Part shown: positions 26,561-34,011 of the stretch, piece after piece
Layout: each line of letters begins with the position of its first letter
Numbering within the stretch: the stretch's first letter is position 1
Virus record (IMG/VR): IMGVR_UViG_3300023174_000036
Span: 248,001 to 312,000 of that record
DNA length: 64,000 bases
Strand: one strand, 5' to 3'
Notes under the pieces: generated by a model
The model's input: only the letters and a program-made list of their open reading frames with translations
Databases searched by the model: none
What the model was told of the DNA's origin: nothing
Translations under genes and position numbers: made by a program

Positions 26561-26636
26561 TGGTCCACTCAGTCGGATTCGAACCGACACCTCATTGATT
26601 AAGAGTCAAGTGCGCTACCATTAACGCTACAAGTGG
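26561..26636 (-). tRNA. tRNA-Lys(CTT)
   Basis: Loop CT-CTT-AA, CCA. Confidence 0.95.
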
Positions 26637-26747
26637 TTGGTCGTAATTAAATTGATTTAATGTGCCAACCAGGACCAATACGGGGTCTAGATTGACACTA
26701 ACGTTTAGCACGTTTCATGTCGTTCTCCTTATGAACATTTTTAAAAA

Positions 26748-26804
26748 CAGGATGCTTATTTTTCAATTAAAAGTTGAATTTTTGAATTTGCTGTTCGCAT
26801 CCTA
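26748..26804 (-). ncRNA. Y-like ncRNA copy 3 (57 nt, ACAGCAA family; Lys(UUU)-like anticodon arm)
   Basis: TAGGATGC-GA-ACAGCAA...TTCAA-CTTTTAA-TTGAA...GCATCCTG. Confidence 0.65.
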
Positions 26805-26808
26805 AACT

Positions 26809-26883
26809 TGGTACTCCGAACGGGTTTCGATCCCGCTTCTCCAACTTGAAAGGCTGGCGTCCTAGCCACTAGACGACCGGAGT
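26809..26883 (-). tRNA. tRNA-Glu(TTC) copy 2
   Basis: Loop CT-TTC-AA, CCA; sequence divergent from copy 1. Confidence 0.9.
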
Positions 26884-26888
26884 ATATT

Positions 26889-26963
26889 TGGTAGCCAATG
26901 ATGGGAACGATCCATCGACCCTCGCCTTATCAAGACGATGCTCTACCACTGAGCTAATTGGCT
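26889..26963 (-). tRNA. tRNA-Ile(GAT)
   Basis: Cloverleaf, CCA. Confidence 0.95.
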
Positions 26964-26968
26964 ATATT

Positions 26969-27044
26969 TGGTGGAGGTGACAGGGATCGAACCTGCGACA
27001 TCTTGCTTGCAAAGCAAACGCTCTCCCAACTGAGCTACACCCCC
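26969..27044 (-). tRNA. tRNA-Ala(TGC)
   Basis: G3:U70, CCA. Confidence 0.95.
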
Positions 27045-27052
27045 ATATTATA

Positions 27053-27802
27053 TTATTTGATGGAGTTTATTTTAACTAGACCAAAAAATTTCAAAATTAA
27101 AATTATCCCATACGCCAGATCAAATTCCCACCATTTTTCTGAAAATTTAGCTTTAGTGGTATCATCATGATGGTTGGCAGCCAACTCTTCGCCGACGTAC
27201 AGCAGTCCTATAGGAAACATGTTCCGAGAACGATCAGCGCCTTTGGCTGGCCTATTTCGATATCCTATTGTGTGACTTAGATAGTTATGCGCACGAAGAT
27301 GGAACTGTGTATATACAAACAAGATAACACCAAATACCACTCCCCATATACCAAACGCAATTAAAGCCAAAATTCCTGCTATTGGATATCTATATTTAGA
27401 ATACTTTACTAATTGATGTTCTAGTTTATCAGTGTATACAGGCACATCGTTACCCCATTTTTCAATTTCCTCAGGAGTCAAATAGTACGCTGGAGTAGCT
27501 GGAGATGGCTCTTGAGTGAAAAACAAATCTATTTTACTGAAGTAAATTGGACTGTGTGGATCATCCGGTGTGTCAGAAGTAGCATGATGCTTTCTATGAC
27601 CCGCAACAAATGCACGGACAGAATCACCAGGATACCAAAAACCTATAAACCATAACCATGTTCTAGAAAAATATTCTAATCTAGTACTTACTATAGAAAC
27701 TGATCGATGGGCCAATATTCTATGAATATAAATTGCATAAACATTGCAAGTTATGAAAAAAATTGTTAGATAACACCACAACATCCACTGATAATCAAGC
27801 AT
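27053..27802 (-). CDS. Membrane fatty acid (acyl-CoA/acyl-lipid) desaturase
   Basis: His boxes HRILAH, HRKHH, NHH; DPHSP; FDL. Confidence 0.85.
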   Translation of the reverse strand: MLDYQWMLWCYLTIFFITCNVYAIYIHRILAHRSVSIVSTRLEYFSRTWLWFIGFWYPGDSVRAFVAGHRKHHATSDTPDDPHSPIYFSKIDLFFTQEPSPATPAYYLTPEEIEKWGNDVPVYTDKLEHQLVKYSKYRYPIAGILALIAFGIWGVVFGVILFVYTQFHLRAHNYLSHTIGYRNRPAKGADRSRNMFPIGLLYVGEELAANHHDDTTKAKFSEKWWEFDLAYGIILILKFFGLVKINSIK

Positions 27803-27862
27803 GTATTGCTCCTTAAATATATTGAATATTTATTGATAACTCAGTATGCTTGATTACTTGAT

Positions 27863-27938
27863 TGGCTCCACAGCCTGGGCTCGAACCAGGGACCAAATGA
27901 TTAACAGTCATCTACTCTACCAACTGAGCTACTGCGGA
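27863..27938 (-). tRNA. tRNA-Asn(GTT)
   Basis: Cloverleaf, CCA. Confidence 0.95.
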
Positions 27939-27945
27939 ATAAACT

Positions 27946-28020
27946 TGGCGGTCCCAAGGAGGATCGAACTCCTAACCTCGGCGTGACAAGCCGACATTAT
28001 AACCATTTAACTATGGGACC
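27946..28020 (-). tRNA. tRNA-Asp(GTC)
   Basis: Cloverleaf, CCA. Confidence 0.95.
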
Positions 28021-28026
28021 TAAATT

Positions 28027-28112
28027 TGGTGGAGTATCCTGGGATCGAACCAGGCGTGCCATTACGACGGCGGATTTACAGTCCACTGCATCACCATTGA
28101 TGCTTCTACTCC
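28027..28112 (-). tRNA. tRNA-Tyr(GTA)
   Basis: Long variable arm, CCA. Confidence 0.95.
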
Positions 28113-28126
28113 ATGTTTTAATTGTA

Positions 28127-28339
28127 ACACTCTCCTTTGACTATGTCAAGCACTATTTCAGGTAGTGTTGGAAAGTGTGTATTAAAGCACTCTTCATGGA
28201 TGAACCCACTTGCCTTACGGCCTGAGAATGCTTTAATACGCTACCATTTTCTTCACACAAGAGTGAATGCCATCCGGTAGGCCGCCCGTTCGCCCCATGT
28301 TTTACGTGCAGGGCAGAGTCCTCGTTACTCTGTATTCAC
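28127..28339 (-). ncRNA. Three tandem stem-capped small RNA units (G 28127-28178, E 28179-28239, F 28263-28339)
   Basis: Closing stems ACACTCTCC/GGAAAGTGT, GTATTAAAGCA/TGCTTTAATAC, GTGAAT/ATTCAC; no ORF. Confidence 0.45.
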
Positions 28340-28347
28340 ACGTTGTA

Positions 28348-28524
28348 CTAGTTTACACTAAACGTTGGTGCTTTCACTAACGCTTCGTGATATACTCTAG
28401 CACGTTCAAACTTATCTTGAATAAGTTTCTGAAGCTGTTCTTTAGTAAGTGTATCACCAAAAGCAGTTTCATAAGCCTGTTCTACAATTCGTTCATTTAA
28501 TTTTTCATAATCTATCTGATCCAT
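28348..28524 (-). CDS. Hypothetical 58-aa protein (MDQIDYEKLNERIVEQAYE...), first gene after the attenuator
   Basis: Translated by eye; strong AAGGAG SD. Confidence 0.7.
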   Translation of the reverse strand: MDQIDYEKLNERIVEQAYETAFGDTLTKEQLQKLIQDKFERARVYHEALVKAPTFSVN

Positions 28525-28542
28525 TTTTCTCCTTTACAAAAC

Positions 28543-28574
28543 AAAAAACCCCAGGGTTTTTAATCCTAGGGTCC
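28543..28574 (-). terminator. Intrinsic terminator / attenuator hairpin upstream of the tRNA array
   Basis: ACCCTAGG-ATTAAAAAC-CCTGGGGT-TTTTTG. Confidence 0.8.
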
Positions 28575-28600
28575 TTGAAGTTTGCGGTGTATGTTTTACT

Positions 28601-28747
28601 TTACACTACGTCCTCCCGGACCCTGATAATCTCTGGTGTACGATCATATGATAAACTTCCACAATTAATCGTAGACCAACCAGAGGCTATAACGCCTGCC
28701 AGTTTGGGCATCGTATTAAATTGTTGATGTCTAAAATTCGATTGCAT
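28601..28747 (-). CDS. Putative 48-aa leader peptide (MQSNFRHQQF...EIIRVREDVV)
   Basis: Translated by eye; lies between consensus promoter and terminator; contains antiterminator strand AGGGTCC. Confidence 0.6.
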   Translation of the reverse strand: MQSNFRHQQFNTMPKLAGVIASGWSTINCGSLSYDRTPEIIRVREDVV

Positions 28748-28806
28748 TTTGTTTTCTCGTTTAACTCTTTAAAAATTTACTAGCGGAATGCTAGCGTCTT
28801 GTGTTA

Positions 28807-28835
28807 ATTATAGTGTCTTTCAACACCACTGTCAA
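28807..28835 (-). promoter_or_regulatory. Consensus sigma70 promoter TTGACA-N17-TATAAT heading the tRNA array
   Basis: Perfect consensus; second promoter TTGACA-N17-TACAAT at 28904-28932. Confidence 0.85.
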
Positions 28836-28970
28836 CAACTTTTGAAATCTTTTTTGTTGTATTTCTACAACGCTTACACAGGCAGTTGCTTGTGCATGTT
28901 CTTATTGTATAGTTATTTAGTCTTTGTGTCAAGACCATATTGGTAATATGGTCTTTTTAACACATTTTAT

Positions 28971-29108
28971 TTAGAAATTGGCATCCATGTAGTCTTCTTT
29001 ACCTACACCACACTCTGGGCAAGTGAAGTCTGCTGGCAAGTCTTCCCATTTACCTTCTAGTTCTTCGTCGTGGACATGTCCACATACAATACATACATGA
29101 TCGTCCAT
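28971..29108 (-). CDS. Rubredoxin (45 aa)
   Basis: Translated by eye: CIVCGHVHDEE...WEDLPADFTCPECGVGK. Confidence 0.9.
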   Translation of the reverse strand: MDDHVCIVCGHVHDEELEGKWEDLPADFTCPECGVGKEDYMDANF

Positions 29109-29557
29109 TATAGTGTCTCCAATACTTGTTGATATGCGTGAGCATGACGTTGCTCGACCTTTTGTAGTGCGGCAAAACGTTTTTCAGCTTTGGCTAGTAC
29201 TGCGGCAAATTGTTCAGCATGTTCTTTGCTTTCTTCAATTTGATGGCCTGCTTCAAATGCGGCTTTGGTATTGCCTTCGATCTCTGCGGCACGTTTAAAG
29301 TCTGGATACATTGTAGTGAACTCGTATGTTTCACCTTCGATGGCTTTCTCCAAGCACTCGCGGGTTGATGGCTTGCCAATCAGCAATTCCAAATGTCCCC
29401 AAGCGTGTTTGATTTCTTGATCTGCTGTGTGCTCAAAATGTTTTGCAACATCCTCGAAGCCTTCTTCGCGAGCGATCCGTGCGAAGTAACGATACTTGAT
29501 GTGAGCCATTGACTCACCAGCAAGTGCTGACTCCAAATTTTTCAATGTTATTGACAT
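29108..29557 (-). CDS. Rubrerythrin (ferritin-like)
   Basis: ALAGESMA...EIKHA...GETYE...MYP...ESKEH...EQRH. Confidence 0.9.
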   Translation of the reverse strand: MSITLKNLESALAGESMAHIKYRYFARIAREEGFEDVAKHFEHTADQEIKHAWGHLELLIGKPSTRECLEKAIEGETYEFTTMYPDFKRAAEIEGNTKAAFEAGHQIEESKEHAEQFAAVLAKAEKRFAALQKVEQRHAHAYQQVLETL

Positions 29558-29662
29558 AGTGTCTCCTTGTGTGTTTGTACTATTATATAGCCTATTGGAA
29601 CCTCAGGTCAATAGATTTTTACAATAATTATTTCTATTACGCTTATTGGTTTTTTCAATAAT

Positions 29663-29687
29663 AAAAAAGGACCCGAAGGTCCTTTTT
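29663..29687. terminator. Bidirectional intrinsic terminator
   Basis: AAAAAAGGACC-CGAA-GGTCCTTTTT. Confidence 0.8.
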
Positions 29688-29701
29688 AATCTAACCTAAA
29701 A

Positions 29702-30154
29702 TTAGAATGAGTACTTGGCACCAAACAAAACAGTGCTACCATCAAACGTGTTTACACGAGATTGACCTGCTTGATAACGATAATCAGCAGTTAGGGCAAC
29801 AGTTTTGCTAAGTGGGTAGCTTGCACCTGCGCCAACCAATGCGGCATAACCGTCTGCAACACGACCGGCGTTGTCAAGATATACTGCACCAGCCTTAACT
29901 GCAACGGTAGCACCAGCAACAGTGGCAACATCATATGAACCAACTAGGCTCCATTTGTTTTGATCAGTGTTTTTGGTGTAACGATCAAAGCCTGCTGTTA
30001 CCCCCATCTTGCCAAACTTTTCGCCAATAGTAATACCAGCGCCTGGACGGTCGTTTGCTCCGCCAAAGTCGTAGCTACCATTAACGCCAACTTCTACAGC
30101 ACTGGCTGACAATGCGGCCAAGGCCAACACGGATGCGATTGCTAATTTTTTCAT
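29702..30154 (-). CDS. Outer-membrane beta-barrel protein (OmpA/Ail/Lom-like)
   Basis: Signal peptide, alternating beta strands, C-terminal YSF. Confidence 0.8.
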   Translation of the reverse strand: MKKLAIASVLALAALSASAVEVGVNGSYDFGGANDRPGAGITIGEKFGKMGVTAGFDRYTKNTDQNKWSLVGSYDVATVAGATVAVKAGAVYLDNAGRVADGYAALVGAGASYPLSKTVALTADYRYQAGQSRVNTFDGSTVLFGAKYSF

Positions 30155-30225
30155 AATATAATTCCTTTTAAAATAATGACATTTGTCATGCTTATAGTAT
30201 ACATTAGTACTATCTATAGGTCAAG

Positions 30226-30250
30226 AAAAAAGGCACTCGAAAGTGCCTTC
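30226..30250 (-). terminator. Terminator after tmRNA
   Basis: AAGGCACT-TTCG-AGTGCCTTTTTT. Confidence 0.85.
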
Positions 30251-30592
30251 TTTGGTTATTGGTTTACAAGGCTAACCAGCCCCGGAGTTGCGGTTTCTTA
30301 GGCCGCCATTGCAAAGTCTGCATCATTAGCTGAAAAAGCTACTGAAGCTGGAACTTTGAAATACTCGAATGTATTTGCGTTTGCATTTACGAGTTTTGCT
30401 TGATTTACAGTCATCGCCTACTGAGTTGCCGTCTCCATTATCTCACCCTGTCGAAACCATGGCTGGCCCATCATAAACACATTAATGAGGAATCTAGGCG
30501 GATTGCAAGACCCAATGATTAATATGTTTATGGTGGACCAGGTGGGAGTCGAACCCACGTCCAGAATGCCTTCACTTTGAAGGGATTACAAC
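30251..30592 (-). ncRNA. ssrA: Circularly permuted (two-piece) tmRNA
   Basis: Acceptor piece with T arm and CCA at 30531-30592; hairpin intervening segment 30470-30530; coding piece starts GGGCCAG at 30469 (G3:U70); tag ORF 30384-30298. Confidence 0.9.
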
Positions 30593-30608
30593 TATCTCTT
30601 TAACCACA

Positions 30609-30812
30609 TTACTGTGGTTGAATATTTGCTGCCTGCAAGCCTTTTTGACCTTGTACTACATCAAATGATACTGATTGATTCTCTTGCAGAACTTTGAATC
30701 CTGATGTCTGAATCGCTGAGTAGTGAGCAAACAAATCCTCACCACCGTTGTCTGGAGTAATAAACCCAAAACCTTTGGTTTCATTAAACCATTTTACTTT
30801 ACCTGTTGCCAT
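30609..30812 (-). CDS. cspA: Cold-shock protein
   Basis: [15 protein letters not shown] (RNP1), DLFAHYS (RNP2). Confidence 0.95.
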   Translation of the reverse strand: MATGKVKWFNETKGFGFITPDNGGEDLFAHYSAIQTSGFKVLQENQSVSFDVVQGQKGLQAANIQPQ

Positions 30813-30963
30813 TTACTTATTTTCCTATTAAAACACTATTATAGTGCCTTGTATTTAGTATAGCAAGTAAAATGGTACTTTAAAAGCTAAATATTATTGT
30901 AGGAACAAGTCGGGAGCGAATCGATTTTTAGCAGTAAACCCTTGAATAAAATGGAGCGAATCA

Positions 30964-31548
30964 ATGTCATTAATAGACTCAGTATTAAACATGGTCAGCA
31001 AGACCCCAAAAGACCCAGACGCACCTAAACCACCGGCTGGTTCACGTAGCGAGCGAGAAGCAAAGATCAAAGACAAAGCAGGTATGGTCATCAACGTTTT
31101 TGCGTTGTTGCTGGCGGTTAATGCTTATTTTGGTGGTACTTATTCCAGTACTATTCTAGGCAACACAATCAAAGCAGGCAGTGAGTGGAGTTTTTATCAA
31201 GCCAAGAGCATTAAGAAAACCGCGGCAGAATATGCGTTATATGATGCACAAAAAGCCAACGACACCAAGCGTGTAGCGGAACTTACTGCCAAAATTGACC
31301 GTTATGAAAATGAACCACATGACGGCATGAAAGACATTATGGCCCGTGCTAAAAAGTTAGAAGCAGACCGTGATGCCGCTAAACTGCGTAGTCCCTGGAT
31401 GAGTTATGCTAGCACAGCATATCAATTGGCAATTGTTTTACTATCCGCAAGTATACTTGCTGTTAGTATGCCGTTGTTCTGGGGAAGTTTTGTAGTTTGT
31501 GGAGCTGGCATTTTTCTAATGAGCCAGGGTCTGTTCCTCTGGTTCTAA
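30964..31548 (+). CDS. DUF4337-like membrane protein
   Basis: SEWSFYQAKSIK motif with flanking TM helices. Confidence 0.65.
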   Translation: MSLIDSVLNMVSKTPKDPDAPKPPAGSRSEREAKIKDKAGMVINVFALLLAVNAYFGGTYSSTILGNTIKAGSEWSFYQAKSIKKTAAEYALYDAQKANDTKRVAELTAKIDRYENEPHDGMKDIMARAKKLEADRDAAKLRSPWMSYASTAYQLAIVLLSASILAVSMPLFWGSFVVCGAGIFLMSQGLFLWF

Positions 31549-31561
31549 AGGAGCTAGTGGT

Positions 31562-32176
31562 GTGGACCCAATCACAATCGGCCTTGCGTTCACCGCCGCC
31601 CAAACCGCAGTCAGTCACATAAAACAAGCCATTGCCCTGGGCAAAGACATCAACAGTCTTGCAGGGCAATTCGGCAAATTCTTTGAATCATCCGATGCTA
31701 TCCATCGTGAACGGTCAAAGATAAAAGCCAAAGCCAGCCGATTAGGCAAAACAGATGCAGAATTAGGCCACGAAGCTTTACAAATTGCCATGCACAGCGA
31801 TGCTTTAAGACAAGCAGAACGCGAACTCAAAGACATGATCCTTTGGCAATTAGGCAAACCTCAAATCTGGGAACAGATGATTCAGGAACGCACTAGACTG
31901 TTTAAAGAACGTGCAGAAGCAGAACAGGCTGAAGCCGAACGTCAATTAGCACATAAGAAGAAGATGGCAGATATGTTTATATTTGCCATGTATTTTATAG
32001 CAGGGTCTGTTATTTTATTTGCACTTGCTATGGGTGGTGTTGCAATATATGGCGCCGCAGAAGAAAAAAGAATTTATGAACAAAAGGTGGCGGCGAGAAA
32101 CGCACTTGTAAGACAACAACAAAAAGAACGCGAAGCCCGTGAAAAGAAAGAACGCGACGATTACGCTAAAAATTAA
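31562..32176 (+). CDS. Coiled-coil membrane protein (paralog of 32451-33233)
   Basis: MDPITI.. N-terminus, shared EL(K/R)(D/E)..(W/Y)Q segment, C-terminal TM. Confidence 0.7.
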   Translation: MDPITIGLAFTAAQTAVSHIKQAIALGKDINSLAGQFGKFFESSDAIHRERSKIKAKASRLGKTDAELGHEALQIAMHSDALRQAERELKDMILWQLGKPQIWEQMIQERTRLFKERAEAEQAEAERQLAHKKKMADMFIFAMYFIAGSVILFALAMGGVAIYGAAEEKRIYEQKVAARNALVRQQQKEREAREKKERDDYAKN

Positions 32177-32186
32177 AGGATAAATT

Positions 32187-32300
32187 ATGTATTTTAATAT
32201 AATCATTACAATGAACGACATAATATTTTTCTTATGCATGATACCTTTGTTAATGGTTTTTAGTGTCATGTTCAAAGACTGGCTGAAAGATCGGAAATAA
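32187..32300 (+). CDS. Small membrane peptide (37 aa)
   Basis: Translated by eye; AAGGA SD. Confidence 0.45.
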   Translation: MYFNIIITMNDIIFFLCMIPLLMVFSVMFKDWLKDRK

Positions 32301-32304
32301 CCAT

Positions 32305-32463
32305 ATGCTTGAATGGATCTTAGCATTAGCACTAGCCAAGGAACCAGACGTTAAAAAATGGCCTGAGTGGGAGTGTGTGCGATGGACATGGTCAGGCGAT
32401 GTTTATAATCGGCGTGTAGTTTGCTTAGAATGGAGAAAACGGGAGAATAGATGGATCCCTTAA
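32305..32463 (+). CDS. Small Trp-rich hypothetical protein (52 aa)
   Basis: Translated by eye: MLEWILALALAKEPDVKKWPEWECVRWTWSGD... Confidence 0.55.
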   Translation: MLEWILALALAKEPDVKKWPEWECVRWTWSGDVYNRRVVCLEWRKRENRWIP

Positions 32464-33233
32464 CATTATTTGCACTTGCCAACGGAGCTGTGTCCGCAGT
32501 TAAGGCCGGCTGTAAACTTTACAAGGACATCAAAGGCGCGGCTGGCGATGTTAAAGACGTACTCAAAGATCTTGATGCACAGTTTCAAAAATTACACCCT
32601 CCTGAAAAACCCCCTACGGTAGCACAGAAGAATGCCTACATAGAAGAAAAAAATCGTGTAATAGCATTAAACAAAAAAGCTAATGCAGATGAACACACTA
32701 ATATCTACACAGAAATTGGCAATCATTTAGGTACATACTATGACAACTTTTACAAGTGTATGGCAGTGTTTGAGGAAGAAGAGCGCCGTGCTAAAACTGA
32801 AGTCTATACTGGTGACGACAGCATAGGCAAACGTGCTTTACAGCGTGTGTTAATGAAAAAACAATTAGAACAAATGGGCACTGAACTCCGTGAAATAATG
32901 GTATATCAAAGCCCGAAAGAACTTGGCGCATTATATACCGAAGTTGAAGAAATGATGAAACAAATGGGGAAGGAACAAAAAGTTCTGATTACTCAGCAAA
33001 TGCAACGTCAAGCTATAGAAAAAAAACGTAAAGCCGCAAAGAGAAAACAACTTAATATTCAGTTTGCTTGGGGGATAAGTGTGCTGTTTATAATCTTTTT
33101 TTTCTTTTTTGTCATGATGTTAGTAGCACAAAGTCGACAACAAATGTACCCACAATACGGTAACGATTTTTTTCCAAAAACTGAGGAAGAACGACGACGA
33201 GAAGCCCAACCGCAAATCTACATAGGTAGATAA
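32451..33233 (+). CDS. Coiled-coil membrane protein (paralog of 31562-32176)
   Basis: MDPLTL.. N-terminus, C-terminal TM. Confidence 0.75.
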   Translation: MDPLTLFALANGAVSAVKAGCKLYKDIKGAAGDVKDVLKDLDAQFQKLHPPEKPPTVAQKNAYIEEKNRVIALNKKANADEHTNIYTEIGNHLGTYYDNFYKCMAVFEEEERRAKTEVYTGDDSIGKRALQRVLMKKQLEQMGTELREIMVYQSPKELGALYTEVEEMMKQMGKEQKVLITQQMQRQAIEKKRKAAKRKQLNIQFAWGISVLFIIFFFFFVMMLVAQSRQQMYPQYGNDFFPKTEEERRREAQPQIYIGR

Positions 33234-33244
33234 ATATTTGTAAC

Positions 33245-33346
33245 AAAGAACACACTACCTTAGGACCTTATGGTTACTTGTGTGCGCCGGCTGCTGGCGC
33301 GAAGGGCTAGGCCGGGAATCTTAGACTTTCGAAAGTGAGCATTTTT
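33245..33346 (+). ncRNA. Unassigned ~100-nt structured RNA after TAAATA late-promoter motif
   Basis: GC-rich hairpins GCGCC-GGCTGCT-GGCGC and ACTTTCGAAAGT, ends in T run; no downstream co-oriented gene. Confidence 0.45.
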
Positions 33347-33984
33347 TATTTCATTAAATTGTTAACAAACTCAAGCAGTAATGAGTGATGACGACCTTGA
33401 TGATATTTTCCCTTCAACCAACTATAACCATCGTACCAAAATTGTTCGCTTTCTGGATGACATCCAATTAAGCCAATATTGTTTTGTACAATAGCCATAG
33501 GGTCACCATTTGCATAAGTAGCAATTGTTGTAAATTTATTACTATTGCCTACCAATGCGCACCCGTCATAGAAGAACATCTTATCTTGCACACCATTCCA
33601 TGTTACATCAATCGCTTTGGCATGTGGTCGTCTTGTATCTGTTTCTGGCTGTGTAATATATTGTACAGCATCAACGTTATCTAATATATTAAGATAGTGA
33701 CTCCCAGCCCAGTATGCACCCATACAAATACCTAGATATTTGCCGCCTTTACTAACAAAGTGACGGATTAGATCTCCGTTATTTCTAAGCAAATATCGAA
33801 AAGATTCAGAATCTCCAATTCCTCCAGGAACTGCTATCATATCAACATCATCAAAAAATACGTCTTCTAATGGGTTTTTTCCAAATATTTTAAATCTGTA
33901 ATGCGGGCTTAATGCCCGAATAATGCCGTTTGCGCTCTGAACTGAGCATTTTGGGTCGTGTACAAACAATGCTATGGTTTTCAT
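33346..33984 (-). CDS. BPL_N-like class I glutamine amidotransferase-fold protein
   Basis: VPGG, GGKYLGICMGAY, HPE. Confidence 0.8.
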   Translation of the reverse strand: MKTIALFVHDPKCSVQSANGIIRALSPHYRFKIFGKNPLEDVFFDDVDMIAVPGGIGDSESFRYLLRNNGDLIRHFVSKGGKYLGICMGAYWAGSHYLNILDNVDAVQYITQPETDTRRPHAKAIDVTWNGVQDKMFFYDGCALVGNSNKFTTIATYANGDPMAIVQNNIGLIGCHPESEQFWYDGYSWLKGKYHQGRHHSLLLEFVNNLMK

Positions 33985-34011
33985 AGTAGTCTTTATTAAG
34001 ATAAATATTGC

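Noticed and set aside
23984-27170. Plus-strand ORFs such as 23984-24214, 24702-24935, 25365-25607 and 26958-27170
   Set aside because: Antisense shadows of tRNA and ncRNA genes (GFEP/GIEP peptides come from the T arm)
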